A stretch of DNA of 64,000 nucleotides from Oikopleura dioica (Eukaryota; Animalia; Chordata). How positions within the stretch are numbered: position 1 is the first letter of the stretch; each line of letters starts with the position of its first letter. The DNA lies in contig OU015567.1 of the NCBI GenBank assembly GCA_907165135.1, forward strand, positions 4,774,001-4,838,000. Direction: 5' to 3'. A program made the position numbers and the translations under genes. The notes below the pieces were generated by a model, which saw nothing but the letters and a program-made list of their open reading frames with translations, had not been told where the DNA came from and did no database searches. Shown here piece by piece: positions 25,412 through 34,577 of the stretch.

Positions 25412-26825
25412 ATGTACATTCCTCCGGAAGAGCATTATTTTTCCTATGAGGAGATTGAGGAAATCATGAGCCCGATTACCGTAGCGCCGAAGTTGGCTGA
25501 AGAAAAGGGGATGAAAGTTGTAAAAAGAGGACCGATTGGAAGAGCTCTCAAGAACTTCTGGAAGGTTTTTGGCATCTTCTCCTATGTAAGTCGAAAGAAA
25601 GCTTCGTTCATTTTGACTGTATGTTTTTCTAGCTTCTAATAGCTGCTACTATCATCGGTTTAATCGGTTGGTGCTACTGGGTCCGCAAAAAAGCCGAGCA
25701 GAAACGCAGAAGAATAGAAACCAACGGCAGAATCGACTATGAAAGCATCAATTCAGGAGACAACGAGGACGATGACGACGATGATGATGACTCAGATTGG
25801 GAGACTGAAACCGAAACAACTGGCTTTTGGGGAGAAGATGAGCCGGATATTGAAGGGGGCATCGGAGACATGGTAAAGTTTTCATTTTAGCGGATTCTGA
25901 TGTTTTTGTAGCAGGGTGGAACGTTGGGGCAAAATATTTGAATTTGGCCGCCCGATTGCCCGCCCGATTAAAATTTCTTTTGTCGGCGCCGCCCGATGGC
26001 CGCCCGACTTTTTGCCCGCCCGATTTGCCCGGGCGCCGACTTTTGCCCGGAAATTTCGGCAACCCCAAAACCAAAAAATATGTAGATTTATTGAAGAGGA
26101 AGGATTATTTTGTACCTCGAAAGAAGAAGGGCACTCGTGGAGAACCGAAACCGGACGTTTTTAAAGACAATTTCAGTATTAATGTCCCATAAGATGCGAT
26201 TTTATCATCCGGGCGCCGACTTTTTTTCCCGGGCGCCGATTTTTGCCCGATTGCCCGATTTTTACCTCGTAAAATCGAGCCCTACGCCGCCCGATTTGCC
26301 CGCCCGCCCGATTTTTTGCCCGGTTTGCCCGACTTGCCCGGTCCCAACGTTCCACCCTGTTTTGTAGATGGAGCTGGCGGACACCTTTGGCGACATCTTC
26401 GGGCGAGGAAAAGGTGGCGATGATGGCGGGGGCGGCGGTGGAGACGATGGCGGGGGGAGACGGAGGAGGAGGCGATGGCGGTGGTGCTGGGGGTGGCGGC
26501 GGCGGAGGAGGAAGATCCCGCGGCGGAAAATCCAAAAAGAGCAAAAAAGACAAGAAAAAGAAGAAAAAGGAAAAGAAGAAAAAGAAAAAGGACAAAAAGA
26601 AGAAAAAGAAAAAAGATAAGAAAAAGAAGAAAAAAGACAAAAAGAAGAAGAAAAAACAGAAGAAGCAAAAGAAAGGCAAGAAGGGCAAAAAAGGCAAAAA
26701 GGGGAAGAAAGGCAAAAAGGGGAAGAAGGGCAAAAAAGGGAAGAAAGGCAAGAAATCTAAAGGTAAAATTTCGCAAATGAAAAAGTCAGCTGATTATTTT
26801 TTTAGGCGGGCGAAAACGAAGATAG
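25412..26825 (+). CDS. Single-pass membrane protein, paralogue B, with acidic, Gly-rich and poly-Lys/(GKK)n tail
   Basis: MYIPPEEHYFSYEEIEEIMSPI...VKRGPIGRALKNFWKVFGIFSY / LLIAATIIGLIGWCYWVRKK...DDDDDDD...GDM / MELADTFGDIFG-Gly-rich-KKKKKKD...(GKK)x8. Needs a 1-nt correction at 26452-26457. Confidence 0.7.
25912..26359. mobile_element. Non-autonomous hAT-type MITE with GCCCG subterminal repeats
   Basis: Perfect 17-bp TIR CAGGGTGGAACGTTGGG...CCCAACGTTCCACCCTG; 8-bp TSD TTTTGTAG at 25904-25911 and 26360-26367. Confidence 0.92.
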
Positions 26826-26928
26826 CTTTCTTTCAAATATTTCAATTTTTTCATTTTATGACTGCCATTTATGAATAAATATATCCCTATTTTTGAAGAC
26901 TTCTGTCTACCCTGATTTCTCGATCAGA

Positions 26929-29900
26929 ATGGTTTCGAGTGGCAAAAAACTAGAGCCAGAATTTATCCTTCCTGTTGGACAGCCATGTCTTGATGGAGCG
27001 GTTTCGGAGGAGTATTTGTTCGTTCTAACAGACGTGTCCGTTTTGAAGTACGATAAGAACTCGAGAAGAGCTCTGGGAAAAATTGATCTACCAATTGATA
27101 AAGAAGCGATGGATTCACGGCCTCTTGGAATCTTGTTGTACGAAGGAAAAATCATTGTCAGTTGCAGAGATGGACGGATTTTTATGCTTTCGGAGGATGG
27201 TCAGATTGGGAAAGAGGCTAGATTGGGGACTTCTCCGGGCTTCTGTAAACCCGTCATTTTCAAAAATATGTTGGGTAAGTTCTTAGGAATCTTGGGTTTT
27301 CGGTTGGCATTTGGTGTTTTAGCTTAAATCTATTGTTTGTAAGAACTTAAATATAAAGTCCTTTTAGTTGCCATTTCATGCGGAGCAGCAGAGTCAGAAA
27401 GATTCATTTTCCTTTCCCTCCCCGATCTTCTTCCTCTCAGAAAACATCCTGCGACGCTGCAAAAAATAAGTCCTCTAGAAGATGTCGAACGTAAAAAGCT
27501 TGGAATTCCACTCGTTATGGAAGTGATGGGTTGTTTTCTCTACTGTTCGTTTGAGTCTGGGCAGATTCTGGAATTAAATGAAAACTTGACGGTTTCAAGA
27601 GGTGTTCAATTTGGACGGAAGTGTCAACTACTAACAGGTTTGGCCCATTTCTTACGAATTTCTAGCTCTGTTTTTAGCGAGTGTCTGCTTGGAGAATCAG
27701 AAAAAAATCATCTTTATTGGAGAAGCTGACGGAAAGATTTCAAAAGAAGGAGAAGACGCTAAAAAGCGAGCATGGGATCTGATAAAGGTCAGCCCAGGCT
27801 GCATGGACACTAGGGAAGATGGCAAACTACTGGCAGTCGGTTTCGTGACCGGACAAGTTGCACTTTTAACCTGCAAGAGTTTGAAGCCCCTTTCAGGTAA
27901 GTGATGTATTGGGATCTTAGATTCGTTAGACTCCCTCGTCCCCTAAGGTCACTTGCTTATCTAGATCGAGCTTTGCTCGGTCGCCGCCGTGTATTTCTCT
28001 TCATTCGGTAATTCACGCAGTTCGTGAATTAACCTCTATTTTACTCCAGCTCGAAATACAGACGTCAAGATACTTTACTCGTTTTCTTCACTCGTCCAGA
28101 TATAGAGAGCAGGCAAACTACGCTAGAAGTGGGAGATTCAGCAGAAGCTAGGATCCCTTCAGTGGTATCAGAGTAGTCCCGTTGGAGAAAAGATAAATTT
28201 TTCCGCCATCGACAACCGAAGTTTCGCAACTTGGACGCTGATTGGCCGTCAGCGGAGTCGAGGGGAACCGAATCACCAACCGCCACCGCGCCGCCGGAGA
28301 AACTCCACTCAGAGAATTTTCCGCACCACACCAACACCACCCCGAGCGAGCGCCACCGCACGAGCGCCACCACGACCCACGCGCCGAAAGTCGCGCCCAC
28401 GCAACCACGCACGCACGCCGGGGAAAACCTAAAATACTGAGAAAAACATAATTCTTTCGCCACTTTTCACCAAAAATCGAGAGAAGTTTACGAAGAATCG
28501 ACCCTTGGACCAGACCTTGAAATTTCGACAATCGCTGGACAGAGAAATCGTCGGGCGTTTGCGCAAAAGGCACCTCAGCTCATCATATTGCGACTTTTAG
28601 TCGCAGTATTTTCTGAGGGCCTGAAAGGTAATCCAAGGCCCATAAACCCTTACTGCCGATATATTTCGAGCTATGGCGGCGAACAAATCACTGCTAGAAA
28701 CCGTCACCGAAATAAGAAGCATAAACGATCGAGTAAACTACCTCGAAGAACAAGTGCGAAATGACGAATCACTAAAGCCAAGCCTAGAGCCCTTGATCAC
28801 AGAAAGCAGAGTAAAATTAGAACAGCTCAGTACAACGCTTCTTACCTGCGAGCTCGATCAAGGAAAAGACTCTACGAATGCGACAATGAGAGAAGAAGCA
28901 TGGGTGGCCACTACCTGGTCTCGTCACGTCCAAGACTTGCCGAAGCTGGACGCCGCATGCAACACATCTTTCAACACCTTCTTGGGCAGAGCCGACATTT
29001 ATCACCGCGCCTACGTCCGCGACAGACCTTCACGTGAACAGCCTTTCATCGCAGCAGTGTACAGCCACTTCGACTTGAACATCGAACGCTCACTTGGAAC
29101 CGAATTTCTGAATTGTCAAGACTGGAAATCGGCCAAGGCGCTGCTAGAGAAATCATTCGCCGCGAAGAGTCACTACTTACTGAAGCTAAGCGAAGTTTTC
29201 GACGTCGAATACGACCATTCGAAGCCGTTTGCACACTACACCGCCAACGTCTTGCAAAAGATGAACGAGGCGAAGCAAGCGACTTTGAACTCTTACCGAC
29301 AAGAGAAGTCAGCCGACGCCGGGGTCGATGAAATATTTGACATATTCTCGACGATGATGCTGTACTTGAATCTTAGGAAAGAAGAACCAGACGTTTTCAA
29401 CGCAATCCTTCCAAGCCTATCAAAAGTTTACGATATCAACGAACTCTGCCGTCTCGCCCAATCCACAAGACAGAATCGAGTTGACAGCGCGACCGTCTCC
29501 CAGCACTTCAACAGAAATAAGAACAAAAAGAAGAAGAATGCTAAGCGCGCCAGCAACGATTCTAAGGATGGGAAAGACGATAAACAACCAGAATCCAAGA
29601 AGATAAATACGACTAAGAACGTTGAAGATTTCCAACCATTCGACGTTCACTTTTACACAGTGAAGAAGAAGCGACCAGGAAAGGCTTATTTCGCTTCGGC
29701 TACCATCATTACGGGCTCTAAAAGTTTTGACGTATCGATGGAAGTCGACAGCGGAGCCGAGTCCTCCTGTCTGTCCGCTGCTTACGTTCCCGACGAATTT
29801 CTCCAGATGCTGAAGCCCTGTCCCTTCAAGGTCACCGGTTTCAGCCCAAATATTCCCGCCGAGCAGCCGATGGGTATCCTTCCCTGCCGCTTATCATTCA

Positions 29901-32900
29901 ATGGTGGCCCTGCATTCTCCCTGAATCTCACCATTATGCCAGGCAGTAAATACCCAAGTCTACTGGGCCGCGATATACTAGAGAATGCGATGACGGACAG
30001 CTTCACAGTCGACAATAAGAATCGTACTCTCTCATTTTGCTACAACGAAGCCTTCACACAAACTGAGACTCAAGTGGTGAAGCTGGACGGAGTGAAGCGG
30101 ACCAAAATCAAGAAATACTTGACTACTAGATCAGCGGTCAAGGATAGCGATCGATCCCGCACTCAACCGCCACCAAAAGTCCCAAAGCTGGACGCACCTA
30201 ACAAGAACGCAGCCAGGTGCCCCATTCAGCTAGCGAAGCAAAAACTCGGAATTACCCTACCAGCAAACGCCGACCCGGGGCAAAAGAAGGTGGTCGCCGA
30301 GCTGTGTTTGGAATTCGACGACAGATTCGGCTGCGACGGTCAAAAAATGGGTGAATTCCCGTTCGAGATCGAAATCCCGACTGATGGTACGAGTCGAAAC
30401 ATCAGTCAACACCCGATTCCGCAAGCTTTTCATGGTCAGGTCAGCGATCACATCTCCGAACTGCTCGAAACGAAAATAATAGAAGAGATCAAAGACCAGA
30501 AAGGGTTTAACAGCCCGGTATTGCCTATTCCTAAGAAATCTGGGGAAATGCGCTTCTGCATCAACTACAAAAACAGCCTGAACAAATGCCTCTCCGACAA
30601 ATCCGACCCTTACCATCTCCCAAGCATGGAGGATACGATTGCGAACATTGGACCGGGCAATAAGTTTTTCGCCACAGTTGATCTACGAAGTGGATATTGG
30701 CAGTGCCCTGTAAAGAAAAGCGACAGGTACAAGACTTCCTTCCAGTGGGGTGGGAAATCTTACGCCTTCTGCAGACTACCATTCGGTTATCGATGCTCGG
30801 GGAATATATTCTCGCGCGTCGTAAACACAATTCTCGACTCAAGCCCCACCAGGAAAAAGATGCTTTCTTATATCGATGACATAGTGTGTTTTGGGAAGAC
30901 TTTCAGCTGCTATTACAACACTCTCCGAAACCTATTCATCGCGCTCCGCAAGTTTAACGCTAAACTCAAGGGCGAAAAGTGCTCTTTCCTACAATCCGAA
31001 GCTCACTTTTTGGGCCGAATCATCAACGAAGATGGAATCAAACCGGACCCTGCGCAAGTCTCCGCTCTTCGTCAGATGAAACCCCCACGCTCCCAAAAGG
31101 AGTTAGCTTCATTAATCGGGTCATTGAATTGGATCCGAGGTTTTCTAGAAACGAAAATGGGCGAAGCTATTTCATCCGGTTGCTTCTCGAGCAGAATGAA
31201 GCCCATAAACGATGTTCGAAATTCGGCGAACGAAACAAATTGTTTCAAGTGGACCAAAGAAGCGGATTTGGCGCTCAAGGAAATTCAACGACGACTCTCC
31301 GAGACTCCAGTCATAAGTTTTCCTAACTTTGACGAGTCTTTTCATCTCTACACAGACGCGAGCCTGTACGCAGCGGGTGGCGTCCTGCTACAAGAGTATG
31401 GCGGGAGAGTGCACCTAGTAAGCGCGATTTCCCACACCTTCAACAAAGCTGAAAGAAAATGGAACACTTCAGAAAAGGAAATGTTTAGCATTGTCTGGTG
31501 CTGCGAGCGACTGGAAAAGCTCCTGAAAGGTAGATTCTTTCAGATTCACACAGACCACCGATCTTTGATCTTCCTACACAAAAAGAAGTTCAAGAATTCT
31601 AAAATAAGCCGATGGCAAAGCCGATTGGAAGAATTCGATTTTCACATTGTCTACATCAAGGGATCAGAAAATCAATTCGCCGACTTTATGAGCCGCAGAC
31701 CTGGCGAGGACGACAAATCACTTGGATACGACTCTGAGTTTCCCGTTGGTCGCGAGTACGAAATCGACAAGAATTCACCAGTACGTGTCTTCGTCCCTTT
31801 CTGGAACGAAAATCAGTTTCCGGAGAAAATCACTTTATCAGAGGTGAAGATACATAAGGTAAACGTCAAGGCTATCGCGGCGCCAATGGAGATTCCGTTG
31901 GTGTCAGCGAATTATAATAACATTCTGGACTATCAAAGGGAGGACTCTGCTCTGAGTGCAATCATCACTTTTCTGGAATCTGGTAAGGAGCCACTGGACA
32001 TAAAATCGCTGGTGAAGGACTCCGACCACCGACAATCGTCTCTACTCAAGATGGAAAAAGCTCTGTTCCTGGATAACACTACCGGGTGCTTGATGTGTCA
32101 ATTCAAATCTGGCGCGCGGGCGGTGGTACCGGAAGCGGTAAAAAGTCACTTTCTCTTTCTAGCTCACGACTTGTCCGGTCATCTGGGCGAGCCGCGGACT
32201 TTAGAGCGATTAGAGGACGTTTGGTGGCCTTCATTTCAAGACGATGTTTCTAACTACGTCCACAGCTGCGTCCCTTGCCTACGCAGAAAAGGATCTGCTG
32301 GAACTCGTACCAAACCGCCACTTGGAACCCTTCGTCGTGGAAAAACAGCTGGCGAATCGATTCAGATCGATTTCGCTTGTATGCCTCCCGCTGGCGGATT
32401 CAAGTATTATTTGGTGGTGGCGGACACTTTCTCTCGCTACACTTGGTGCATTCCGACGCGGTCCGACACTGCTATCTGCGCTGCAAAAGCGCTCATCTAC
32501 AAGGTCTTCCTTCCCATGGATTTCTTGCCGAAACATCTACACAGTGACAGAGGTACCCACTTCTGCGCAAGCGTGATTGACGAAATGTGTAAGCTTAACC
32601 AGATAAAACATACAATAAGTACCGCATTTCACCCTCAATCAAACGCTTTCGCAGAAAGAGCGAATCGGACTATCAAAAACAGTCTATTCTGCATGGTCAA
32701 CTCATCTTCCGGTCGAAAAACTTGGGCCGACTGCGTTCCCCACGTGATGCGCGCGCTCAATAGTGTGAAAAACAAAAGCACGAAAATTTCACCGCGAGAA
32801 GTTTGGTTTGGCCGAAAAAGTACTTTCACCCACTCTACTGGCGCAGAAATGACAGCGGAAACACCTCAGGTGTTTGGTCTCAATGTGGGAGCTTTAGCGA

Positions 32901-34539
32901 AATCGGCGGAAGCCATTGTGAAAACTGCGATGGAAGCTGCTGACCGAGCCATGGAGCACAGGCTGAAAAACGAGCCTAAGCCGAGACCAATCCCCGCTGG
33001 CGCTGTCGTGTACATTAAGCGAGAAAACCTGACCGACGCTAAAAGCAAGAAGGAACGCTGGGTAGGTCCCCTGAAAGCCGTTTCGAGCAACGACTGGGTC
33101 GTCATGGTCGAAGATAAAAAAGGACAACGTGATTTCATCCATCGAGAACACGTGGTTCACGCCGCAGAACGAAATCACGACTTACGCTGGATTGATTACT
33201 ACGAGGCCGAGTACGTATTCCCACATTTAACCGAAATCGTTAAGTCGAAAGTCCCACAAAAATCGCCTGTTCCTACTTCCAAACCGATGGAAAAGTCCGG
33301 GTCGAAGTCGCATGGGGGGAGGAAATCTTCTCAGGTCGCGTCGACTCCGATGGTTGCTATGGAAAAACCGCCAAGATCATCTCTATCACCTATTTTGGAA
33401 AGTAGACGCCGATTGGACATGGAAAATCTGGGAGATACAACCGCTACATCTATTTTGGACTCGTCGGTAGCTCCAGCCGAGCCGTCAGATCGCTGGTACT
33501 CTGGTGGTACTCTTTATGAAACTGCCGAGGACATGTCAGCTGATGCTACAGTGATTTCGGAGGTTGCTGCGCCCGACAATAGCCATATGTCAGTCGATAA
33601 ACATAATTCAACAGTAGTTGAGGGCTCAGCAACTGAAAACAGCAAGAAAAGAACCCGTCCAAAGTCTTCACCAGATCGTCAATACTCAGCCGGCGCCGAT
33701 CCGAATGCGACTTTAACCGAAGTTGGAGCAGCTCATCTCCCGAAACATACAAAACGAGCACACCGTGAAACGAGGCCCGTCGAACCTCTAAACATCGGCA
33801 CAAACTCGGGTCAGTCATACGACTAAGCGCAAGTACTGCCCCACTCAGGTCCCCTATTCATCGACCGGGGCCTGAAAAGGTACGGAAATTATCACAGTTT
33901 ACCGTCGCCGACGTATTTTGAGTTCTTCTACATGTGCAGCTACTCCTTCATGTCATCACCGCTCGGACATCACGAAAACTTCGCATCTGATTCAAGCTTT
34001 TTCCCAAAAAAGGGTTTTTTAACGCGAATCAGACTGCCTCGACGTTTCGAACCTGCCATGTTACTCATCTTACGCTTATACTCCTGCAAAAATCACACAC
34101 TTTGGCCTTAGAGGACGTTTCAGTCTCATGGGGGGTATTGGGATCTTAGATTCGTTAGACTCCCTCGTCCCCTAAGGTCACTTGCTTATCTAGATCGAGC
34201 TTTGCTCGGTCGCCGCCGTGTATTTCTCTTCATTCGGTAATTCACGCAGTTCGTGAATTAACCTCTATTTTACTCCAGCTCGAAATACAGACGTCAAGAT
34301 ACTTTACTCGTTTTCTTCACTCGTCCAGATATAGAGAGCAGGCAAACTACGCTAGAAGTGGGAGATTCAGCAGAAGCTAGGATCCCTTCAGATGTAAATT
34401 TACCAGCTTTTGAAGAATATTTCTTTTAGTTTTGACGACTCACAAGAAAAATATCCATCGAATAATTTGGGATGGTTTTAAATTCTTCGTTTTCGCTGCA
34501 GACTGCCTTGTTTCATGCTACAAACCCTTCAACCACTGA
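26929..34539 (+). CDS. GNB1L: GNB1L-like WD40 protein; last intron contains the LTR retrotransposon
   Basis: Beta-propeller-like exons ending SPGCMDTREDGKLLAVGFVTGQVALLTCKSLKPLS, resuming after 34429 with VLTTHKKNIHRIIWDGFKFFVFAADCLVSCYKPFNH. This resembles the GNB1L C-terminus. Confidence 0.7.
27907..28161 (+). repeat. 5' LTR
   Basis: TATTGGGATC...GATCCCTTCA; identical by eye to 34136-34390. Confidence 0.95.
28163..28173 (+). promoter_or_regulatory. Primer binding site complementary to the tRNA-iMet 3' end
   Basis: TGGTATCAGAG, 1 nt after the 5' LTR. Confidence 0.85.
28673..33826 (+). CDS. Gag-Pol polyprotein (1717 aa, single frame)
   Basis: Protease EVDSGAES; RT FATVDLRSGYWQ, LPFG, YIDD; RNase H LYTDAS...TDHRSL; integrase H-H-C-C, IQIDF, HSDRGTHF, AERANRTIK, WVGP. 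Confidence 0.97.
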   Translation: MAANKSLLETVTEIRSINDRVNYLEEQVRNDESLKPSLEPLITESRVKLEQLSTTLLTCELDQGKDSTNATMREEAWVATTWSRHVQDLPKLDAACNTSFNTFLGRADIYHRAYVRDRPSREQPFIAAVYSHFDLNIERSLGTEFLNCQDWKSAKALLEKSFAAKSHYLLKLSEVFDVEYDHSKPFAHYTANVLQKMNEAKQATLNSYRQEKSADAGVDEIFDIFSTMMLYLNLRKEEPDVFNAILPSLSKVYDINELCRLAQSTRQNRVDSATVSQHFNRNKNKKKKNAKRASNDSKDGKDDKQPESKKINTTKNVEDFQPFDVHFYTVKKKRPGKAYFASATIITGSKSFDVSMEVDSGAESSCLSAAYVPDEFLQMLKPCPFKVTGFSPNIPAEQPMGILPCRLSFNGGPAFSLNLTIMPGSKYPSLLGRDILENAMTDSFTVDNKNRTLSFCYNEAFTQTETQVVKLDGVKRTKIKKYLTTRSAVKDSDRSRTQPPPKVPKLDAPNKNAARCPIQLAKQKLGITLPANADPGQKKVVAELCLEFDDRFGCDGQKMGEFPFEIEIPTDGTSRNISQHPIPQAFHGQVSDHISELLETKIIEEIKDQKGFNSPVLPIPKKSGEMRFCINYKNSLNKCLSDKSDPYHLPSMEDTIANIGPGNKFFATVDLRSGYWQCPVKKSDRYKTSFQWGGKSYAFCRLPFGYRCSGNIFSRVVNTILDSSPTRKKMLSYIDDIVCFGKTFSCYYNTLRNLFIALRKFNAKLKGEKCSFLQSEAHFLGRIINEDGIKPDPAQVSALRQMKPPRSQKELASLIGSLNWIRGFLETKMGEAISSGCFSSRMKPINDVRNSANETNCFKWTKEADLALKEIQRRLSETPVISFPNFDESFHLYTDASLYAAGGVLLQEYGGRVHLVSAISHTFNKAERKWNTSEKEMFSIVWCCERLEKLLKGRFFQIHTDHRSLIFLHKKKFKNSKISRWQSRLEEFDFHIVYIKGSENQFADFMSRRPGEDDKSLGYDSEFPVGREYEIDKNSPVRVFVPFWNENQFPEKITLSEVKIHKVNVKAIAAPMEIPLVSANYNNILDYQREDSALSAIITFLESGKEPLDIKSLVKDSDHRQSSLLKMEKALFLDNTTGCLMCQFKSGARAVVPEAVKSHFLFLAHDLSGHLGEPRTLERLEDVWWPSFQDDVSNYVHSCVPCLRRKGSAGTRTKPPLGTLRRGKTAGESIQIDFACMPPAGGFKYYLVVADTFSRYTWCIPTRSDTAICAAKALIYKVFLPMDFLPKHLHSDRGTHFCASVIDEMCKLNQIKHTISTAFHPQSNAFAERANRTIKNSLFCMVNSSSGRKTWADCVPHVMRALNSVKNKSTKISPREVWFGRKSTFTHSTGAEMTAETPQVFGLNVGALAKSAEAIVKTAMEAADRAMEHRLKNEPKPRPIPAGAVVYIKRENLTDAKSKKERWVGPLKAVSSNDWVVMVEDKKGQRDFIHREHVVHAAERNHDLRWIDYYEAEYVFPHLTEIVKSKVPQKSPVPTSKPMEKSGSKSHGGRKSSQVASTPMVAMEKPPRSSLSPILESRRRLDMENLGDTTATSILDSSVAPAEPSDRWYSGGTLYETAEDMSADATVISEVAAPDNSHMSVDKHNSTVVEGSATENSKKRTRPKSSPDRQYSAGADPNATLTEVGAAHLPKHTKRAHRETRPVEPLNIGTNSGQSYD
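34136..34390 (+). repeat. 3' LTR
   Basis: Directly follows ATGGGGGG (PPT); identical to the 5' LTR. Confidence 0.95.
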
Positions 34540-34577
34540 AAATAATTAAGCGATCAAGATTTTTTTTAAAGATCAAA

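Larger units (their letters stand above)
27907..34390 (+). mobile_element. Full-length Ty3/gypsy LTR retrotransposon without a recognisable env
   Basis: Two identical 255-bp LTRs, 4-bp TSD GATG (27903-27906 and 34391-34394), PBS, short G-tract PPT, single gag-pol ORF in PR-RT-RH-IN order. Confidence 0.97.

Noticed and set aside
26179-26776. Long minus-strand Phe/Leu-rich ORFs
   Set aside because: They are antisense shadows of the poly-Lys/GKK exon.
27905-27906. Canonical TG start for the 5' LTR
   Set aside because: The 3' LTR has GG at the equivalent positions. The TG belongs to the GATG target duplication.
33827-34135. env gene downstream of pol
   Set aside because: There are only 309 bp between the pol stop and the 3' LTR, with no signal peptide or clear TM. 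This is recorded instead as a possible read-through frame.
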